A DNA stretch of 64,000 bases, from contig CAZYLK010000004.1 of NCBI GenBank assembly GCA_964648365.1, positions 5,575-69,574 of the forward strand, written 5' to 3'. A program made the translations under genes and the position numbers. A model generated the notes under the pieces. It was given only the letters and a program-made list of their open reading frames with translations. It had not been told where the DNA came from and did no database searches. Of the stretch, positions 60,636 through 64,000 are shown in pieces; the stretch's first letter is position 1; each line of letters opens with the position of its first letter. Source of the stretch: an uncultured Phycisphaeraceae bacterium. Its GTDB lineage: Bacteria; Planctomycetota; Phycisphaerae; UBA1845.

Positions 60636-60658
60636 GCGGGCGGGGCTGCCCCGCCCGC
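60636..60658 (-). terminator. GC hairpin between thiolase and phaE
   Basis: GCGGGCGGGG-ctg-CCCCGCCCGC, a perfect 10-bp stem with no T-tract. It could be an attenuator or RNA-processing structure rather than a terminator. Confidence 0.3.
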
Positions 60659-60679
60659 GACCGGTATCCGCGACCGGGC

Positions 60680-61861
60680 TCAGTCACATCGCTCCAGGGC
60701 GATGGCGTCGGCCTCGCCGCCGCCGATGCACAACGTCGCGATCCCGATGCGGCCGCCCCGCGCGTGCAGGCCGGCCACCAGCGTGTTGATGATTCGCGCG
60801 CCGGTAGCGCCGATCGGGTGACCGATCGCCACGGCGCCGCCGTACGCATTTACCCGGTCATGACTGAGGCCCAGTTCCTTCATCGCCAGCAGCGGTACCA
60901 CCGAGAACGCCTCGTTGATCTCGAACAGATCGACGTTCGAGAGCTTCAACGAGAGCCGCTCGGCAAGCCGTTTGAGTGCGTGAACCGGGGCCACGGTGAA
61001 CCAGTCAGGCTCGGTCGCCGCATTCGCGTAGCCGAGGATACGCGCGCGCGGACGGATGCCGAGCTGGCGCATCCGCTCTTCGCCCACCACGATCATGGAG
61101 GCGGCGCCGTCGTCGATGTTCGAAGCGTTGCCGGCGGTCACGGTGCCGTCCGTGCCGAACGCCGCCGGGAGCGAGGCCATTTTGTCCTCGCGGAACCGCG
61201 CCAGATCCTCATCCCGGCTGACAAGGGTGGTCTCCTTCTTGGACTTGATCTCGACCGGAATGACGTTGCCGGCGAAGAACCCGCTCTCCCACCCCTGAAT
61301 GGCCCGCTTGTAGCTGGCGATGGCGTAGCGGTCCTGATCCTCGCGGGAAAAGCCGTACTTCGCGGCGCACACGTCGCCGCACAAGCCCATGTGCTTGCCG
61401 TCATACGCGTCCTGCAGGCCGTCATGAATCAGGCCGTCGACGAGCACGCCGTCGCCCATGCGATACCCCGTCCGCGCCCGAGGCAGAAAATAGGGCGCAT
61501 TGGACATGCTCTCGCAGCCGCCGGCGATGATCAGATTGGCGTCGCCGCACTGGATCGCCTGCGAGGCCAGGATCACCGCCCGCATGGAGGATCCGCAGAC
61601 TTTGTTGATGGTGATGGCGCCGACCTCGTCCGGAATCCCCGCGCCGCGCGACACCTGGCGGGCCGGGTTCTGGCCGATGCCCGCCTGCACGACGTTTCCG
61701 AAGTAGACGTGGTCGACGTGCGTCGCCGCGACGTTTGCGCGGCGCAGCGTCTCCCGGACGGCGACCGAGCCCAACTGAGGCGCGGTCATCGACGCGAGCG
61801 AGCCATTAAAAGAGCCGAACGGCGTTCGCACGCCGCCGGCCACATAGACGTTGTTCAGCAT
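60680..61861 (-). CDS. phaA: acetyl-CoA C-acetyltransferase (thiolase II)
   Basis: Start at MLNNVYVAGGVRTPFGSF. NKVCGSSMRAV, INEAFSVV, GGAVAIGHPIGATG, CIGGGEA. Confidence 0.9.
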   Translation of the reverse strand: MLNNVYVAGGVRTPFGSFNGSLASMTAPQLGSVAVRETLRRANVAATHVDHVYFGNVVQAGIGQNPARQVSRGAGIPDEVGAITINKVCGSSMRAVILASQAIQCGDANLIIAGGCESMSNAPYFLPRARTGYRMGDGVLVDGLIHDGLQDAYDGKHMGLCGDVCAAKYGFSREDQDRYAIASYKRAIQGWESGFFAGNVIPVEIKSKKETTLVSRDEDLARFREDKMASLPAAFGTDGTVTAGNASNIDDGAASMIVVGEERMRQLGIRPRARILGYANAATEPDWFTVAPVHALKRLAERLSLKLSNVDLFEINEAFSVVPLLAMKELGLSHDRVNAYGGAVAIGHPIGATGARIINTLVAGLHARGGRIGIATLCIGGGEADAIALERCD

Positions 61862-62012
61862 GAGGCGTCCCCCTAAGTATAGCGCTTCCACTCGCTACGG
61901 CACCCTCATACCGCACGTCTGTTCGCGGCTCAAGGCGTGTAGACACGGCGCACACAGGCCAGGGAACACGACCTCAAGCGCGGCACGAGTCGCCGCCGGA
62001 CGTGAACGGAAA

Positions 62013-62492
62013 TCACTTGGTCGGCTTCTGCGCCGCCGGCTTGGCAGCCGGGGCCGGCATGCAGGTCTCGTTGCAGAACTGCATCCAGTTGTCCGCCAAC
62101 TTCATCCCGCCGTCCGCGATCGCACCCCAGTTCCGCCGGGTCACTTCCGCGCCCTGATTCCAAGCCTTGCGGGCGCCTTCCGCCAGTTCGAAACGCTCGA
62201 TCTTCTCGTCGCGCTTCCACAGGTCGGCGAAGGCGTCCATCCCGGACTTCATCTGCGTCTGCATCGTGTCCACGCACACGTCTGCGTTCCGCCGCACGAA
62301 GGGCGTGAAGTGCTCGGCCACCCGCTCGCCGCGGACCTTCAACTCCTCGGGCGTGGTCGGCAGGGTCGGCACATGCGACCAGACCTTCGTCGCGGCCTCC
62401 ATCAGCTTCGTGCCCGCGCTCATCCCGCTGCGCCACATCTGCTGCGACTCGTCCATCCACTCGTTCATCATGTCGCGCGCCTGCTCCGTCAT
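62013..62492 (-). CDS. hypothetical helical protein, possible phasin / PHA-granule-associated protein (by context)
   Basis: Start at MTEQARDMMNEWMDE. 159 aa, helical and amphipathic, with an Ala/Pro/Lys tail. It has its own sigma-70-like promoter and is divergent from phaR. Confidence 0.45.
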   Translation of the reverse strand: MTEQARDMMNEWMDESQQMWRSGMSAGTKLMEAATKVWSHVPTLPTTPEELKVRGERVAEHFTPFVRRNADVCVDTMQTQMKSGMDAFADLWKRDEKIERFELAEGARKAWNQGAEVTRRNWGAIADGGMKLADNWMQFCNETCMPAPAAKPAAQKPTK

Positions 62493-62571
62493 GGCAGTAA
62501 CTCCAGACCCTGCCGCGTCGCCGCGGCCAAACAACTCGTCATCCACACGGGCCAGCCTGGCCCACTCCTGA

Positions 62572-62600
62572 AGTCTACCCCATTTGTGCAGTTGCGTCAA
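62572..62600 (-). promoter_or_regulatory. sigma-70-like promoter for the putative phasin gene
   Basis: On the minus strand: TTGACG-N17-TAGACT, in the only AT-rich stretch of the region. Confidence 0.45.
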
Positions 62601-62666
62601 GAATATTTTTTGCAATCCCGAAAAAACAGCAGTAGTTGTCGTAAGCCATTGTAGAAAACAGCTTTA

Positions 62667-62689
62667 CGATCAACTGACGCCGTTGATCG
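62667..62689. promoter_or_regulatory. inverted repeat abutting the phaR promoter (candidate operator)
   Basis: CGATCAAC-tgacgcc-GTTGATCG, perfect 8-bp arms, ending 1 nt before the TTGACT -35 box. Confidence 0.4.
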
Positions 62690-62690
62690 G

Positions 62691-62719
62691 TTGACTCCGT
62701 GAGGATTGCGCTCTATTGT
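62691..62719 (+). promoter_or_regulatory. sigma-70-like promoter for phaR
   Basis: TTGACT-N17-TATTGT, 38 nt upstream of the ATG at 62757. Confidence 0.45.
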
Positions 62720-62756
62720 CAGTGGAACATTGCGACCCAACCCCGAGGATCGGACC

Positions 62757-63338
62757 ATGACCGACGGCGCCCCTCCGTCCGTTCTGCAGATCAAAAAGTA
62801 CCCGAATCGCCGCTTTTACGACGCGACGCGGAGCAGCCACGTCACGTTGCAGGAGCTGTATCAGCTCGTGCTGGAGGGTCGATCCATTTGCGTGACGGAT
62901 TCCCGCACCGGCGAGGACATTACCAACATCATCCTGGTGCAGATCATGCTGGAGAAGGATCCGCCCAAGCTGCACCTGTTTCCGGCGTGGGTGTTTCACG
63001 CCCTGCTGCGCTCGACGCACACCGCGACACGCCAGGTGGTTGACCAGATGTTTGGACCCTTCACCCAGGCGTGGGTCCGCGGTCAGCGCAGCGTGGACGA
63101 CCTGACGCAGACCATGATGAGCGGCCGCGTCACCACACCCATGGACTGGGCCGAGAACATGATGCGTTTCTTCAGCGCCGGCTACGTCGGGCCCGGCACC
63201 AACGGCCGCGTGGAGCCGGCCGCTGACGCGCCGGGCGACGATGACGACGACCTGGCCGCGATTCAGAGCCAGGTGGCCGAACTCAACGATCGCCTCGCCC
63301 GCCTCAAATCGCGCGGAAGCGCCACGCCCGGCGGGTGA
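62757..63338 (+). CDS. phaR: polyhydroxyalkanoate synthesis repressor PhaR
   Basis: IKKYPNRRFYDATRSSHVTLQELYQLVLEGRSICVTDSRTGEDITNIILVQIMLE, the typical PhaR N-terminal DNA-binding domain. Confidence 0.85.
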   Translation: MTDGAPPSVLQIKKYPNRRFYDATRSSHVTLQELYQLVLEGRSICVTDSRTGEDITNIILVQIMLEKDPPKLHLFPAWVFHALLRSTHTATRQVVDQMFGPFTQAWVRGQRSVDDLTQTMMSGRVTTPMDWAENMMRFFSAGYVGPGTNGRVEPAADAPGDDDDDLAAIQSQVAELNDRLARLKSRGSATPGG

Positions 63339-63392
63339 CACCCTCGGCCCGTCCCTTCGCACGAAGGTCGGTTCGCCCGCGACGCATCCGGT

Positions 63393-64000
63393 CTACGGAG
63401 GCGCGTCGCCCACCGTCACGAGCGCGGGGAACAGCAGGTTGATCTTCCGTTGCCGAATGGAAGTGAGGCCAGCGTCCAGGAAGTACTGATTCACCTGCTT
63501 CCAGGGCGCGTGGTGGACGTGGCCTTCAATGCGGGCGATGAACACGTCGAAGACGACCCAGCCGACGACATTGTCCCGGAAGCCGTCGATCAGCACGACC
63601 CGTCCAGCGGGCCGCAGTAGACGGCGGAACTCTCGTACGACCGCCTGCTGATGCGGGTAGTGATGAAACGAGTTCGAGCACGTCACCAGGTCGAACGAGG
63701 CGTCTGAGAATGGCAGATGCTCGCTGTCGGCGGCCACGAAATGGACCCCGTCGTCGTCGCCGCGCAGCTTGCGGCGGGCCTGGGCACACATCTGCGGCAC
63801 GAAGTCCATCCCCACCACCTCGGCATCCACGCCGACGGCGGAGACCAGGCCCGCAAACGACCCGGTCCCACAGCCGACGTCGAGCACGCGACACCGCCGG
63901 CGGTGCTCGGCCCGCCACCGGTGGAGTTCTTCCAGCAGCGCAAGGTAAGAAGGCCGGAACAGGAAGAAGTTCAGGATCGAACGATCGTAGGTGCGTGCCC
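63393..64000 (-). CDS. class I SAM-dependent methyltransferase (5-prime end probably beyond the window)
   Basis: Motif I VLDVGCGTG. DLVTCSNSFHHY. The same frame stays open upstream to position 64000 (ARTYDRSILNFFLFRPSYLALLEELHRW...). Confidence 0.75.
   Translation of the reverse strand, partial: ARTYDRSILNFFLFRPSYLALLEELHRWRAEHRRRCRVLDVGCGTGSFAGLVSAVGVDAEVVGMDFVPQMCAQARRKLRGDDDGVHFVAADSEHLPFSDASFDLVTCSNSFHHYPHQQAVVREFRRLLRPAGRVVLIDGFRDNVVGWVVFDVFIARIEGHVHHAPWKQVNQYFLDAGLTSIRQRKINLLFPALVTVGDAPP

Noticed and set aside
58973-61876. 967-aa ORF on the plus strand
   Set aside because: It is antisense to phaC, phaE and the thiolase gene, and has no recognisable motifs. It is a GC3-driven open frame.

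Overview
High-GC (about 65% by eye) bacterial chromosomal window. Almost all real genes are matched by long spurious antisense ORFs. The gene content suggests a Planctomycetota/PVC-like organism, but that is inference only. The relevant content is the alternative complex III plus caa3 oxidase operon, the dockerin-, collagen- and PKD-type secreted proteins, two sigma-54 activators, a Ser/Thr kinase, and a GxxExxY remnant with purine-rich flanks.

I call about 55 protein genes and one tRNA-Ala(UGC). I found no rRNA, CRISPR array, transposase, integrase, reverse transcriptase or Cas-like gene.

Layout:
- 1-7.6 kb: a ferric-reductase-like fragment, a CRTAC1/ASPIC-UnbV protein, a GAF sigma-54 activator divergent from an AhpD-like gene, an isochorismatase-YHS fusion, and a CheY-like regulator.
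- 7.6-20.1 kb: one 12.4-kb minus-strand respiratory operon, actA-actB-actCD-actE-actF-orf-SCO-ctaC-ctaD-ctaE-coxIV.
- 20-31 kb: a CaCA antiporter, an OmpR/HK pair, a Cys-rich small protein, an S2P-CBS protease, dodecin, an epimerase-VKOR-membrane trio, a ferritin-like protein, a rhodanese and an aconitase.
- 31-38 kb: envelope and secreted proteins (6xBON, a collagen-like plus vWA lipoprotein, a baeRF3-like protein, a PKD/propeller lipoprotein).
- 38-43 kb: a small ORF followed by sucA and sucB.
- 43-50 kb: an 1109-aa beta-helix/dockerin protein, a redoxin and a PQQ-type dehydrogenase.
- 50-57 kb: a Ser/Thr kinase, an NtrC-type activator, pnp and rpsO.
- 57.6-64 kb: tRNA-Ala and a class III PHA cluster (SDR, phaC, phaE, thiolase, putative phasin, phaR).

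This looks mostly like core metabolism. I do not see a canonical defence island or mobile element. The observations most worth a second look are:
- an about 80-aa four-Cys C-terminal tail shared by two unrelated secreted enzymes 45 kb apart;
- an NtrC-type activator whose receiver lacks the phospho-acceptor Asp, sitting next to a Ser/Thr kinase;
- an ActC-ActD fusion;
- a collagen-like/vWA lipoprotein next to a baeRF3-like orphan;
- a decayed GxxExxY cassette with inverted purine-rich flanks inside the PHA cluster, plus a related solo element;
- an isochorismatase-YHS fusion.

All family assignments come from motif recognition by eye. No database search was run, so novelty cannot be established here.
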